64,000 nt of DNA from Nitrosopumilus sp. (GCA_965218785.1 OZ244650.1:512001-576000); one strand, 5' to 3'. Numbered from the stretch's first letter, positions 1 through 9,914 are shown. Program-made: numbers and translations. Notes: a model not told the origin generated them from the letters alone.

Positions 1-144
1 CAACACCAGAACCAACACCAGAACCAACACCAGAACCAACACCAGAACCAACACCAGAACCAACACCAGAACCAACACCAGAACCAACACCAGAACCAAC
101 ACCAGAACCAACACCAGAACCAACACCAGAACCAACACCAGAAC
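1..144 (+). repeat. Perfect 12-bp tandem repeat (CAACACCAGAAC) x12, coding TPEP
   Basis: Directly visible; no spacers; probably continues beyond the window edge. Confidence 0.97.
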
Positions 145-371
145 CAGATTCTTCTTCTGATGATCCTTTTGAGGGAATTAGCGATGATGATATCACAACT
201 TATTCAGAAATGTATGATATTCCTCCACCCGAAAATGACGCTGAGGCAATCAAACTAGGAAATAAAATTCGTGAATGGATAAAAAACGGTCGGCTTAAAC
301 CTGATGATTCTAAAGATAAAGGGGAAAACCCTAAAAAGCAACGAGGTAGATTTGGATTCCTTAGGAAATGA
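1..371 (+). CDS. 3' part of a Pro/Thr/Glu-repeat protein (5'-truncated by window edge)
   Basis: Open frame from nt 3: (TPEP)x12-DSSSDDPFEG...KKQRGRFGFLRK*. Stop TGA 369-371 overlaps the argF ATG (ATGA). Confidence 0.75.
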   Translation, partial: TPEPTPEPTPEPTPEPTPEPTPEPTPEPTPEPTPEPTPEPTPEPTPEPDSSSDDPFEGISDDDITTYSEMYDIPPPENDAEAIKLGNKIREWIKNGRLKPDDSKDKGENPKKQRGRFGFLRK

Positions 372-1282
372 AACTTGAAACAAAAGATTTACTCACTTTA
401 GCGGAATTAACCCCAAAGGAATTTGTAGACCTGATAGATTATTCCATTAAACTAAAACAAGAATTTCAAAAAGGGGGAAACAAACCCATTTTAAAAAATA
501 AAACATTAACTATGATTTTTCAAAAGCCCTCTACTCGAACACGCGTTAGTTTTGAAATTGGAATGTATCAACTGGGAGGATATGCAGTTAATTTGTCTTC
601 TAATGACATGCAATTATCCCGCGGCGAGTCTGTGGAGGATACGGCAAAAACTCTTTCACGATATACTGACTGTATAATGGCACGTGTTTATGAACATGAG
701 TTGCTAGAAAAACTCTCTAAACATGCCAGCGTACCAGTAATTAACGGATTGTCTGATACTTTCCATCCCTGTCAAATTTTGGCAGACTTTATGACAATTA
801 AAGAAAAGAAAGGCAAACTCAAAGGATTAAAAATTGCATGGATTGGTGATGGCAACAATGTTTGCAATTCCATGATTTACGGTGCCGCACTAGCTGAAAT
901 TAACATGTCTATTGCTACACCTAAAGGCTTTGAACCAAACAAGAACGCTGTCAAAGAATCCAAAAAATCCACATCTATCGAATTGACTACCGATCCGATT
1001 ACTGCCGTCAAAAATGCCGATGTAGTCGTGTCTGATACTTTTTCATCAATTCATAATTTTGATAAGACAAGACTAGAAAAATTCTTGCCAGCGTATCAAG
1101 TAAATGACAAATTAATGAAATCTGCAAAAAAGGATGCGATTTTTTTACATTGTCTTCCTGCAAAGCGGGAACAAGAAGTTACTTCATCTGTAATTGACGG
1201 TCCTCAATCTGTTGTTTGGGATGAAGCAGAAAACCGTTTACATACTCAGAAAGCTTTGCTTGCCGCCCTGATTCACGCTTAA
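368..1282 (+). CDS. argF: Ornithine carbamoyltransferase
   Basis: STRTR, HPCQ and FLHCLP motifs. Confidence 0.96.
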   Translation: MKLETKDLLTLAELTPKEFVDLIDYSIKLKQEFQKGGNKPILKNKTLTMIFQKPSTRTRVSFEIGMYQLGGYAVNLSSNDMQLSRGESVEDTAKTLSRYTDCIMARVYEHELLEKLSKHASVPVINGLSDTFHPCQILADFMTIKEKKGKLKGLKIAWIGDGNNVCNSMIYGAALAEINMSIATPKGFEPNKNAVKESKKSTSIELTTDPITAVKNADVVVSDTFSSIHNFDKTRLEKFLPAYQVNDKLMKSAKKDAIFLHCLPAKREQEVTSSVIDGPQSVVWDEAENRLHTQKALLAALIHA

Positions 1283-1318
1283 CGTATATAAGAGCAGATT
1301 CAAACTCGATTTCTATAG

Positions 1319-1801
1319 ATGGCATATTCAAAGATATTGAGGAGGCTCCGGGAAGAAAAGACCAATTATAAAAAACGTGGAACCATGCTGATGGGAAAAC
1401 GTGATTTTATTACTGTAAATATTACTAATGAAAACACCCAAGTCCAGATTCTAAAACCTGGCATGACTGGGGACAAGGTTGTAGCCTCTGCCCACTCTAG
1501 ATATCTCCTTGAAAAAGGCTGGAAGGGCTCTAGAAAGAGCATTCCTGCGGCATATCTTACGGGATATTTGGCAGGTAAGAAAGCACTAGGTCAAGGCGCA
1601 AAGGATGCCATTCTTTATACTGGTACTAAAAAATATACACAGAGAATGGCTGCGGCTCTTAAAGGAATCATCGATGCCGGCGTTAAAGTACCAGCTAGTA
1701 AAGAAACATTTCCCTCTGATGATAGAATTAACGGAGAACATCTCACCGTTAAAAACGAAGTTTCAAAAATAAAATCTGGTATTGATAGTGAGGTAAAGTA
1801 G
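1319..1801 (+). CDS. rpl18: 50S ribosomal protein L18 (uL18)
   Basis: RRLREEKTNY and AAYLTGYLAG motifs; first gene of the L18-S5-L30-L15-secY cluster. Confidence 0.96.
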   Translation: MAYSKILRRLREEKTNYKKRGTMLMGKRDFITVNITNENTQVQILKPGMTGDKVVASAHSRYLLEKGWKGSRKSIPAAYLTGYLAGKKALGQGAKDAILYTGTKKYTQRMAAALKGIIDAGVKVPASKETFPSDDRINGEHLTVKNEVSKIKSGIDSEVK

Positions 1802-1803
1802 AA

Positions 1804-2535
1804 ATGAGTCAAACAACACAATCCGGTCCAAAAGGACGAGGCACATCATCATATGGACGAGGTCCGCCAATATATGGAAGAGGTCCGCCGGGACAATCCA
1901 AGGGAGGCAGTGATCGTCCTAGACGACCAAGACGTGAACCAGAACCAGAAATATGGATTCCTAAAACCATCTTGGGACAAAAAGTTTCATCCGGAGAAAT
2001 TTCATCCCTAGAAGAAATTATTGAATCGGGATTAAGAATTCAAGAAGCTGGAATTATCAAAAAATTACTTCCGGATTTAAAAAGCGAAGTCGTTGATGTG
2101 GGAATTATTCAAAAAATGACTTCAAATGGCCAATCTACCAGGTTCAAAGCAATAGTTGCGGCAGGAAATGAAAATGGTTATCTGGGAATCGGTCAGGGAA
2201 AATCAAAACAGATGAGAATAGCTATTGAAAAAGCAACAAGCCAGGCTTTTCTAAATGTCAGCCCAATCAAATTAGGATGTGGTAGTTGGGAATGTAGATG
2301 TGATCAAAAACATTCCATTCCGTTCAAGGTTCGTGGAAAGGGAGGAAGTGTCACAATTGAAATCATTCCTGCACCTAGGGGACTGGGTTTGGTTGCAGGT
2401 GGTAAAATTAAACGATTATTGGAATTGGCAGGTCTAAAAGATGCATGGACTACTGCAAAGGGTTCTACTCCTACAATGAACTCGACTTCCAAAGCCATCT
2501 TGGACTGTCTTAGACAGACATTTAGTCAGGGTTGA
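1804..2535 (+). CDS. rps5: 30S ribosomal protein S5 (uS5)
   Basis: WIPKTxLG, GCGSWEC and PAPRGLGLVAG motifs. Confidence 0.97.
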   Translation: MSQTTQSGPKGRGTSSYGRGPPIYGRGPPGQSKGGSDRPRRPRREPEPEIWIPKTILGQKVSSGEISSLEEIIESGLRIQEAGIIKKLLPDLKSEVVDVGIIQKMTSNGQSTRFKAIVAAGNENGYLGIGQGKSKQMRIAIEKATSQAFLNVSPIKLGCGSWECRCDQKHSIPFKVRGKGGSVTIEIIPAPRGLGLVAGGKIKRLLELAGLKDAWTTAKGSTPTMNSTSKAILDCLRQTFSQG

Positions 2536-2541
2536 TGAAAA

Positions 2542-3009
2542 ATGGCAAACGCGTTTCTCGTAGTCCGGATAAAAGGTCAGGCTGACGTTCCTTATTGGGC
2601 AACTCATACCATGACTCTGTTAAAATTAGACAAAAAATACCGCGCCACAATTTTGCCGGCCAAGGAGAATACCTTGGGAATGTTAAAAAAAGTACAACAT
2701 TATGTTTCTTGGATTGAACTGGATAATACTTTGGCCAAAGAATTAATTGATAAAAAGGCAAGAAAATCCGGCTATCAGAAAATAACTGTCGATGATCTGA
2801 AGGAACTCGGTTTTGCAAATTCTGATGAATTGGCAACGGCATTGGCTGAAGGCAAAGCCACCCTATCCAAATTAAAACCCCTAAAACCTTGGTTTGCTCT
2901 AGCACCCCCAAGGCATGGATTCAAAAGAAGCACCAAGAAGCTATATGGGCAAAAAGGCGTCCTTGGACAAAACAAGGAACTCGGTGACATGGTACGGAGA
3001 ATGATCTGA
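2542..3009 (+). CDS. rpl30: 50S ribosomal protein L30 (uL30, archaeal long form)
   Basis: LVVRIKG, GMLKKVQHYVSW and LAPPRHGF motifs; synteny. Confidence 0.95.
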   Translation: MANAFLVVRIKGQADVPYWATHTMTLLKLDKKYRATILPAKENTLGMLKKVQHYVSWIELDNTLAKELIDKKARKSGYQKITVDDLKELGFANSDELATALAEGKATLSKLKPLKPWFALAPPRHGFKRSTKKLYGQKGVLGQNKELGDMVRRMI

Positions 3010-3010
3010 C

Positions 3011-3436
3011 ATGGCAACAAGATTAAGAAAAACCAGACGACTTAGAGGCGGACGGCATATGGGCTGGGGACAGGTAGGCCAACATCGTGCAAGTGGGCAT
3101 AAGGGCGGTCTTGGAATTACCGGCATGATGAAACACCACTATAGTACTTTGCTAAAAGAAGATCCTGATCATTATGGACATGATAATCCTAGACCTCCTC
3201 ATCCAAGTATTACAAAGAAATGGGCCAGCGTCAGAGATCTAGATGATCTGTTCACAAAGTTCGGCAAGGAACAGGAAGGAAAGAAAATCGTAGACCTTAA
3301 AAGTGCAGGATACGACAAGCTCCTTGGCGGTGGAAAACTAACTAACGCTTATTCTGTCAAAGTACAACGATTTACCGCATCAGCAGAAGAAAAACTCAAA
3401 GCTGTTGGGGGCGAGGTGTTATCTGATAATGGCTGA
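3011..3436 (+). CDS. rpl15: 50S ribosomal protein L15 (uL15)
   Basis: RKTRRLRGGRHMGWG and KLLGGG motifs. Confidence 0.96.
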   Translation: MATRLRKTRRLRGGRHMGWGQVGQHRASGHKGGLGITGMMKHHYSTLLKEDPDHYGHDNPRPPHPSITKKWASVRDLDDLFTKFGKEQEGKKIVDLKSAGYDKLLGGGKLTNAYSVKVQRFTASAEEKLKAVGGEVLSDNG

Positions 3437-4859
3437 AGGTAGTCTAACTGCTACTATTCGAAAAATTGTCTTTAAAGTAGAACCGTATCTTCCTCAAGTA
3501 CCAAAACCAAAAAAGAAAATCCCACTTCAAATGCGACTATTGTGGTGTGGGGTTGCATTGCTCATCTATATGGTCATGGGCCAGACTCCCCTGTTTGGGG
3601 CCACAACACCGGAATTTGATTTTCTGCAATTTGCCAGGGTTATTTTTGCATCCCAGCAAGGCACCCTTGTTGAATTAGGAATCGGGCCGATAGTTACAGC
3701 TGGGCTGCTGATGCAGTTGTTGAGAGGTTCAGATATTCTCAAATTTGATTTCAAAAAACCCGAAGAGAGAGGAATATTTCAGACAGCGACTAAACTGGTG
3801 TCATACATCGTCATCGTGGCCGAATCCATCGTATATGGCGTCGCAGTTTACGGTCAGAATATTTCTGATCCCAACATCTTGTACATCTTGGTCGGGCAGT
3901 TGATGGCCGCATCGATTATCATCATGTTCCTGGATGAATTAATCCAAAAGGGCTGGGGTCTTGGCAGCGGAATCAGCCTGTTCATTATGGCAGGAGTTGC
4001 TCAACAGATTCTTTGGAGCCTGTTTAGCCCGTTGGCTGCAGGTGACGGGGGGACAATTGGCATCCTCCCATATGTAGGACAATCCATAATGAACGGTGAT
4101 GTTTCAAATGTTCTATTCCGTCTAAATCAACTCCCGAGTATCTTCGGATTGTGTCTTACTGCGGGAATATTGCTGATACTTGTATTTACACAAGGCATGA
4201 AGATTGAGATCCCCATTGTCTCAACAAAATACCGGGGCTTTTCTGCCGTCTATCCTATCAAAATGATGTATGTCTCTAACATACCTGTAATCTTGGCTTC
4301 TGCTCTTACTGCAAACGCAGTTTTCGTCTTCCAAATGTTGTGGGCAAACGCAAACCCGCAGAACAATCAGTTCTTCATGAATTTTATAGCGCAGTTTGAC
4401 CCGGCAAATCCATCTAGTCCTATAGGAGGTCTGATCTACTATATCACTCCTCCAAGAGGTCTGGAGACTGCAGCTTTAGATCCAATGCGTGCCGTAGGTT
4501 ACGTGCTGTTCATGATTGGAATTGTAGTTGTATTTGGCAAATTATGGGTGGAGCTTGGAGGTCTGTCGCCAAAGAGTGCAGCTCAGAACCTACTTGATGC
4601 AGACGTTCAAATCCCTGGATTTCGAAGATCAAACAAACCAGTTGAGGCACTACTAAACAAGTACATTCCATCAGTGACCATTATAGGTTCCGTTATTTTG
4701 GGTCTACTGGCAGGTGTATCTGATGTTCTTGGTGTATTTGGTTCTGGAATAGGAATCTTACTTATGGTAGATATTCTCATAAACTATTATACGCAGTTGG
4801 TTCGGGAACAAGTAGAAGTCGTTATGCCGCGTCTGGGTGGTTTGCTTGGCAGAAAATAA
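3429..4859 (+). CDS. secY: Preprotein translocase subunit SecY
   Basis: GTLVELGIGPIVTA, GWGLGSGISLFI and YVSNIPVIL motifs; multiple TM segments; likely start ATG 3429 (MAEG). Confidence 0.97.
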   Translation: MAEGSLTATIRKIVFKVEPYLPQVPKPKKKIPLQMRLLWCGVALLIYMVMGQTPLFGATTPEFDFLQFARVIFASQQGTLVELGIGPIVTAGLLMQLLRGSDILKFDFKKPEERGIFQTATKLVSYIVIVAESIVYGVAVYGQNISDPNILYILVGQLMAASIIIMFLDELIQKGWGLGSGISLFIMAGVAQQILWSLFSPLAAGDGGTIGILPYVGQSIMNGDVSNVLFRLNQLPSIFGLCLTAGILLILVFTQGMKIEIPIVSTKYRGFSAVYPIKMMYVSNIPVILASALTANAVFVFQMLWANANPQNNQFFMNFIAQFDPANPSSPIGGLIYYITPPRGLETAALDPMRAVGYVLFMIGIVVVFGKLWVELGGLSPKSAAQNLLDADVQIPGFRRSNKPVEALLNKYIPSVTIIGSVILGLLAGVSDVLGVFGSGIGILLMVDILINYYTQLVREQVEVVMPRLGGLLGRK

Positions 4860-5424
4860 AAAGGTCATGATGGTAGGAATACCAGGTGTTGGAAAAACTA
4901 CTTTGCTTGAAAAAATAGTTGAAACCATAAAAAATCATGACAAGAGCGTTAAAGTGATTAGTTTTGGAACCCTGATGTTTGATATTGCCAAGAAAAATGG
5001 TCTTGGCAACAGAGACGAGCTTAGAAAGCTACCCGTATCTGAACAGCAGAATCTTCAAAAAATCGCCGCAGAACAAATCGCCGAGCATACCGAACAAGTC
5101 GTAATTGTTGATACCCACGCATTTATCAACTCCGTGGAAGGGTACTATCCTGGCTTGCCAGAACATGTCTTGAAGATCATAAAACCCACAAATTTTGTTT
5201 CCATTTCTGCAAAACCTGAAGAAATCTACAATCGAAGAATGAAGGATGACACCCGAAACAGGGATAAAATCACCCTTGCCAACATTAAGAAGGAGCTAGA
5301 TCTTCAATCAGGCATGATCTCAGCATGTGCGGTTATTTCCGGCTCCCCAGTCAAACTCGTGCTCAACGGTGAGGGAAAGATTGATGAAGCAACAGATAAA
5401 ATAATCCATGCCATAGGACTGTAG
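4846..5424 (+). CDS. adkA: Archaeal adenylate kinase
   Basis: GIPGVGKTT P-loop, VDTH and YYPGLP motifs; follows secY; likely TTG start 4846. Confidence 0.93.
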   Translation: MAENKKVMMVGIPGVGKTTLLEKIVETIKNHDKSVKVISFGTLMFDIAKKNGLGNRDELRKLPVSEQQNLQKIAAEQIAEHTEQVVIVDTHAFINSVEGYYPGLPEHVLKIIKPTNFVSISAKPEEIYNRRMKDDTRNRDKITLANIKKELDLQSGMISACAVISGSPVKLVLNGEGKIDEATDKIIHAIGL

Positions 5425-5426
5425 AT

Positions 5427-6050
5427 ATGGACTTTAACTTTATTTTACTATTTATCGAATTAATCCCACTTCAATTTGATTTTATGGGAGGAGCCGAACG
5501 AGGCGCACTTGGCAGCGATGATCCAATAATCCAAGGCTTGATTCTTTCAATGTTTGCAGTATCTGGATTTGGGATCCTGCTTAATATTTTCAATGCCGCA
5601 GTCCGAAAGAAGATGGTTGATCAAACAAAACTTACACGTATCATGAAGGAGACCCGTACATGGCAAAAAGAAAGAATGACTGCCATGCGATCCAAGGATC
5701 AGGCCAGAATCAACGAGCTGGGCAAAAAATCTTCCTACATGAACAAAATGTCCATGGAGATGATGCAGATGAACATGAGACCTATGATGATTACCTTTGT
5801 ACCATTAATCCTGATATTCTATCTTGTGTTGCCGCAATTATTCTCTTATACGGTAGCCCTGTCCCCAATTCCACTAAATGTGATTCCCGGAGATTTCTTC
5901 CAGTTGACATGTACTGCAGAACAAGCAGCTGATGTAGAACATGTCTGTCAGGAAGAAAATTCAATATATCTTTGGGCCTGGTATTTCCTATCCTCCATCG
6001 CTTTTAGCGGGATTATCATGAAACTAACAAAAACAACAATGGGCACTTGA
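5427..6050 (+). CDS. EMC3/TMCO1 (DUF106) family membrane insertase-like protein
   Basis: TM-coiled coil-MRPMMITFVP-TM and WYFLSS motifs; canonical position after secY-adk. Confidence 0.88.
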   Translation: MDFNFILLFIELIPLQFDFMGGAERGALGSDDPIIQGLILSMFAVSGFGILLNIFNAAVRKKMVDQTKLTRIMKETRTWQKERMTAMRSKDQARINELGKKSSYMNKMSMEMMQMNMRPMMITFVPLILIFYLVLPQLFSYTVALSPIPLNVIPGDFFQLTCTAEQAADVEHVCQEENSIYLWAWYFLSSIAFSGIIMKLTKTTMGT

Positions 6051-6607
6051 CTAAATCCATTGTTATTTCCGGTCCCCCTGCAGTGGGAAAAACAACTGTT
6101 GCCAAGGGACTGGCAAAAGAATTCCAATTGAAATATCTAAGCGGAGGCGATGTGCTAAAACAAATGGCAAAGGAACAGGGTTTTGATTCTGATGGTAATG
6201 ATTGGTGGGATACCCAAGACGGCATGAAGTTTCTCCGTCAGCGTGAATCAAATCCAGAATTTGACAGAAAACTGGATGAAAAATTAGCTGGATTGTTCAA
6301 CCAGGGATGTATGGTTATCACAAGTTACACTCTGCCGTGGTTGGTAGATGACGGCATCAAAATCTGGCTAGACGGATCTCATACAAGCAGTACTGAAAGA
6401 ATGCAGTCCCGGGACAACATGAGTTCTGAAAAAGCCTATGAAATTACCCGGGTGAGATTTGATAAGAACAAGGCATTGTACAAAAAAATATACAATTTTG
6501 ATTTTGGCAGTGACAAGGACGTGTTTGATTTGATAATTAATACGGATAATCTTACCGCACAACAAGTAATCGATCATACAAAGGAAACGGTGAGAAAATT
6601 ACTGTGA
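6047..6607 (+). CDS. cmk: Cytidylate kinase
   Basis: ISGPPAVGKTT P-loop; synteny. Confidence 0.88.
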   Translation: MTKSIVISGPPAVGKTTVAKGLAKEFQLKYLSGGDVLKQMAKEQGFDSDGNDWWDTQDGMKFLRQRESNPEFDRKLDEKLAGLFNQGCMVITSYTLPWLVDDGIKIWLDGSHTSSTERMQSRDNMSSEKAYEITRVRFDKNKALYKKIYNFDFGSDKDVFDLIINTDNLTAQQVIDHTKETVRKLL

Positions 6608-7605
6608 CTCTCAAACAACTTGAGAATCTTGTTGAAATTGATCAAGATATCACAGACGACTCTTTTGGAACATATTATGATAAAAGAACGATTGAACAAC
6701 TGCTAAATTATGGAATCATACTGCTGGACAAACCTCCTGGTCCTACCAGCCACGAGGCTGTAGCATGGACAAAACGTATCTTGAAACTCCCAAAGATTGG
6801 CCATAGTGGGACACTTGATCCACAAGTTTCGGGTGTTTTACCGCTGGGTCTTGGCGAGGCCACAAAGGCATTGGGGATTTTACTTCTTGGTCCAAAGGAA
6901 TATCATGCGTTAGGCAGGCTCCACTCCCTTCCATCTAAGGAAAAACTGGATCAAACAATTGATCTGTTTAGGGGGGAGATCTTTCAAAAACCTCCTCAAC
7001 GCTCTGCTGTTCTAAGACAGACACGAACAAGAACTATTTATGAATTTGAAGTTTTAGAACAGAAAGAAAGACTGCTTTTAACCCGGATTTTATGTGAATC
7101 TGGAACCTATATTCGAAAATTATACTATGATTTGGGCGAAGTTCTTGGACCTGGTGCCACAATGATTGAACTAAGACGAACCAGAGTGAATCAATTCTAT
7201 GAAACTGACGGGCTGGTAACACTTCATGAACTTGCAAATGCATTTGCATTATGGGAGGAAAAAAAAGATGACAGTAAACTGACGAGTATTATCAAACCAG
7301 TTGAATATGCATTAAGTGAACTAAAATCCGTGGTAATCCGTGACTCTGCAGTAGATGCCCTGTGTCACGGGGCACAACTGGCAATTCCGGGAATTTTACA
7401 AATTTCTCCAAACCTAAAGCAGGGTGATACTGTTGGAGTTTATACACAAAAAGGAGAGGCAGTCGCCCTGGCCGAATCTACAATGTCCGAAGATGTGATC
7501 CGTGATGCCACAAAGGGATATGCGTTTGAAACAAAAAGAATCATTATGGCACCTAATACTTATCCAAAAAAATGGAGAACAAAACCAACCCCTCCAAAGG
7601 ATTAA
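6604..7605 (+). CDS. cbf5: H/ACA RNA-guided pseudouridine synthase Cbf5 (TruB family, PUA domain)
   Basis: DKPPGPTSH, GHSGTLDP and GTYIRKL motifs. Confidence 0.96.
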   Translation: MTLKQLENLVEIDQDITDDSFGTYYDKRTIEQLLNYGIILLDKPPGPTSHEAVAWTKRILKLPKIGHSGTLDPQVSGVLPLGLGEATKALGILLLGPKEYHALGRLHSLPSKEKLDQTIDLFRGEIFQKPPQRSAVLRQTRTRTIYEFEVLEQKERLLLTRILCESGTYIRKLYYDLGEVLGPGATMIELRRTRVNQFYETDGLVTLHELANAFALWEEKKDDSKLTSIIKPVEYALSELKSVVIRDSAVDALCHGAQLAIPGILQISPNLKQGDTVGVYTQKGEAVALAESTMSEDVIRDATKGYAFETKRIIMAPNTYPKKWRTKPTPPKD

Positions 7606-7631
7606 AAAATCAAGAGACGGTCTTAAAATAA

Positions 7632-8078
7632 TTGTTAGCAAAAAGTCTTGTAATCTTCATTGGTATTGGTCTGATTTCAGGCCTTGCCATAGGTGTTTAT
7701 CTCATTGATGTGAAAAATACAAGCCAGTTAGTTTTTGTTGACGGGCTCTCAGTTTCCATAGTTACAGAAAAATTTGATTTCAAACGGGGTGAGGAGATAA
7801 AAATTCAAATTGTAAATTCTGGAACCGTTCCATTAATCTTTCCTGATGTATCATCTGGCCTTAAAATCACCGGCCTATTTGGAATACTCATATATTCCCC
7901 GACTGCACCACAGGTGCTCTCCCCCCTCGAACCCGGAGATGAAATGGTATTATTCTGGGATCAAGTAAAAAACGACGGTGATCTGGCATTGGAGGGTCTT
8001 TACAAAATATCTGTAATGGGAACAGACAAACTGGGAAATCAAGTCGAAAAATCGACTATTGTAACAATTTGGAAGTAG
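7632..8078 (+). CDS. Membrane-anchored hypothetical protein with Ig-like beta-sandwich
   Basis: N-terminal TM; LEPGD...WDQ...G...GLYKI pattern typical of Ig-like surface domains. Confidence 0.7.
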   Translation: MLAKSLVIFIGIGLISGLAIGVYLIDVKNTSQLVFVDGLSVSIVTEKFDFKRGEEIKIQIVNSGTVPLIFPDVSSGLKITGLFGILIYSPTAPQVLSPLEPGDEMVLFWDQVKNDGDLALEGLYKISVMGTDKLGNQVEKSTIVTIWK

Positions 8079-8143
8079 TTTTTCTATTCCCAAGCAGCAT
8101 AATATATAATGAAATCTTATCAAATAACTCTGTCGTAAGACGT

Positions 8144-8244
8144 GCCGGGGTCGCCTAGCCTGGTAGGGCGCGCGCCTGGAAATAATTTACCATAAAGCGC
8201 GTTCTCGCAAGGGAACGGGAGTTCAAATCTCCCTCCCGGCGCCA
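8144..8244 (+). tRNA. tRNA-Ser(GGA) with a 14-nt intron at position 37/38 (8182-8195); CCA encoded
   Basis: Acceptor stem GCCGGGG/TCCCGGC; anticodon stem CGCGC/GCGCG with CT-GGA-A; long variable arm TTCTCGCAAGGGAA; GTTCAAATC T-loop. Confidence 0.92.
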
Positions 8245-8259
8245 TTTCAAAATCAATTA

Positions 8260-9582
8260 ATGTCTAGATTCCATAATTTAGATATGTCACAATACGATGT
8301 TGCCATTATCGGCGGAGGCATCCTGGGTACCTGTATCTCTAATTGGATTTCATCCCTTTATGACGCAGACGTATGCGTGATTGAAAAAGAATCAGATGTT
8401 GCCATGCATGCTAGCAGCAAAAATACGGCAGTCATCCACTCCCCGTTCTATCTGAATCCCAAAACAAAAAAAATCCTGGCAAAATCCTCACTCATCTCTT
8501 ATGACATGTGGGCCAAGCTTGCAAAAATCTCTGATGTTCCTTGGAATAGGACCGGGGTATTGGAATTGGCACTCGATGAGAATCAACACAAGAGTCTTGA
8601 AGAGTATGCACGGTGGGGCTGTGAAAATGGCATTCCTTCAAATGATATAGAACTTTTAGATGGCAGGGAGGTTTCTAAAATGGAGCCTAATGTGGTGTGT
8701 CACTCTGCAATTTTTTGCAGACGTGAGGTCTCCACTGACTTTGGCGCATTTACCCGTGCAATCAAAAAGGAATCAGAAAAACATGGAACGGATTTTCTTT
8801 TGGGACAAAACGTAAAAAATATCAAACGAAACGAAAACGATTCTTCAATAATTTTTGATGATGCCTCCAATGTTTCTGCTAAATTCATAATAAACTGTGC
8901 TGGAGGCAACTCCCTGGATATAGCACAAATGCTGGGTCTTGCAACTGACTACTCTGATCTTCATTTCAGGGGCGAATACTGGATTGCAGACTCTCCGTAC
9001 AATGATCTTGTAAGGACCACAGTCTACACGGTTGCAGAATTCAAAGGATATCCATTTTTAGATCCACACTGGATAAAAAAGGCAAATGGACAAACCGAAA
9101 TTGGTCCTAATGCGGTTCCGGTTCCAAGTCCTGAAACTTATGAGGGATACATCGGTGATATTGGAACCTCGCTTTTGAAATTAAAAGATATAGTTACTGG
9201 CAATGCAAAAAAATTATTTTCTGACCCTGAATTCCTATCTATGATCTCCAAAGAATGGCTCAGCTCCTTATCGAAAACCGCGATGATTAGCCGCGTGCAA
9301 AAGTTCATTCCAAAAATTCAACCCGAATTCTTTTCACAAAAAGGAACTGCCGGTATACGTTCTCCAATTATTACTCCTGGAGGTAAATTCATGCCTGATG
9401 TCATGGAACTTGAAAACGAGCATTCCTTTAACATAATTAATTACAACTCCCCCGGGGCAACAGGGGCTCCCGCATATTCTGCATTTGTCATTAAAAAATT
9501 ACAAGAGAAGGGATTTTTGGATTTGAAGAAAGACACCAAAGAATCATTTTGGAATTTTGATGATGTTCTCAATCAAGCTTAA
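8260..9582 (+). CDS. FAD-dependent oxidoreductase, L-2-hydroxyglutarate oxidase (LhgO)-like
   Basis: IIGGGILG dinucleotide motif, HASSKNTAVIH, FRGEY, GPNA and NSPGATGA motifs; start may be 8284. Confidence 0.85.
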   Translation: MSRFHNLDMSQYDVAIIGGGILGTCISNWISSLYDADVCVIEKESDVAMHASSKNTAVIHSPFYLNPKTKKILAKSSLISYDMWAKLAKISDVPWNRTGVLELALDENQHKSLEEYARWGCENGIPSNDIELLDGREVSKMEPNVVCHSAIFCRREVSTDFGAFTRAIKKESEKHGTDFLLGQNVKNIKRNENDSSIIFDDASNVSAKFIINCAGGNSLDIAQMLGLATDYSDLHFRGEYWIADSPYNDLVRTTVYTVAEFKGYPFLDPHWIKKANGQTEIGPNAVPVPSPETYEGYIGDIGTSLLKLKDIVTGNAKKLFSDPEFLSMISKEWLSSLSKTAMISRVQKFIPKIQPEFFSQKGTAGIRSPIITPGGKFMPDVMELENEHSFNIINYNSPGATGAPAYSAFVIKKLQEKGFLDLKKDTKESFWNFDDVLNQA

Positions 9583-9608
9583 TATTCTGTAACATTCAAA
9601 GCTGTATT

Positions 9609-9896
9609 ATGCTTCCTGACAAATGCTCCATGACTGAAGAAGGAAAACAATGTCTCAACCCTCCGGAATTCATCGTGTCAATCCTTGCAGATAAGGACGA
9701 ATACATGGTTGGGGTTACATGCGAAAAGCACAAACAAATTGTATCTGGCAAGATTGGTGCTCTTCAAAATGAAGGCAAGATTTATGACGGAAAAATTAGT
9801 TTTTCCCCCGTAAAGGCAGTTGGAACTGATTGCATCCGTGGAGATGCCGATGATTTTGTTCAAATTGACATGAAACCTTCCCAAAAACTGAAATAA
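9609..9896 (+). CDS. Conserved hypothetical protein, possibly Zn-binding
   Basis: Cys...Cys...CxxH pattern; ORF fits between neighbouring genes. Confidence 0.7.
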   Translation: MLPDKCSMTEEGKQCLNPPEFIVSILADKDEYMVGVTCEKHKQIVSGKIGALQNEGKIYDGKISFSPVKAVGTDCIRGDADDFVQIDMKPSQKLK

Positions 9897-9914
9897 TTCC
9901 AACATATAGCATAT

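Noticed and set aside
1-144. Regular repeat array that could suggest CRISPR
   Set aside because: Contiguous 12-bp units without spacers, in frame as TPEP; no cas genes in the window.
5427-7605. Absence of L34e and L14e genes from the adk-cmk-cbf5 cluster
   Set aside because: Consistent with known ribosomal protein losses in this lineage; not novel.
8144-8244. Link between tRNA-Ser and the MenT-like toxin (MenT3 prefers tRNA-Ser)
   Set aside because: The tRNA is 19 kb away in core context; nothing in the sequence ties them together.
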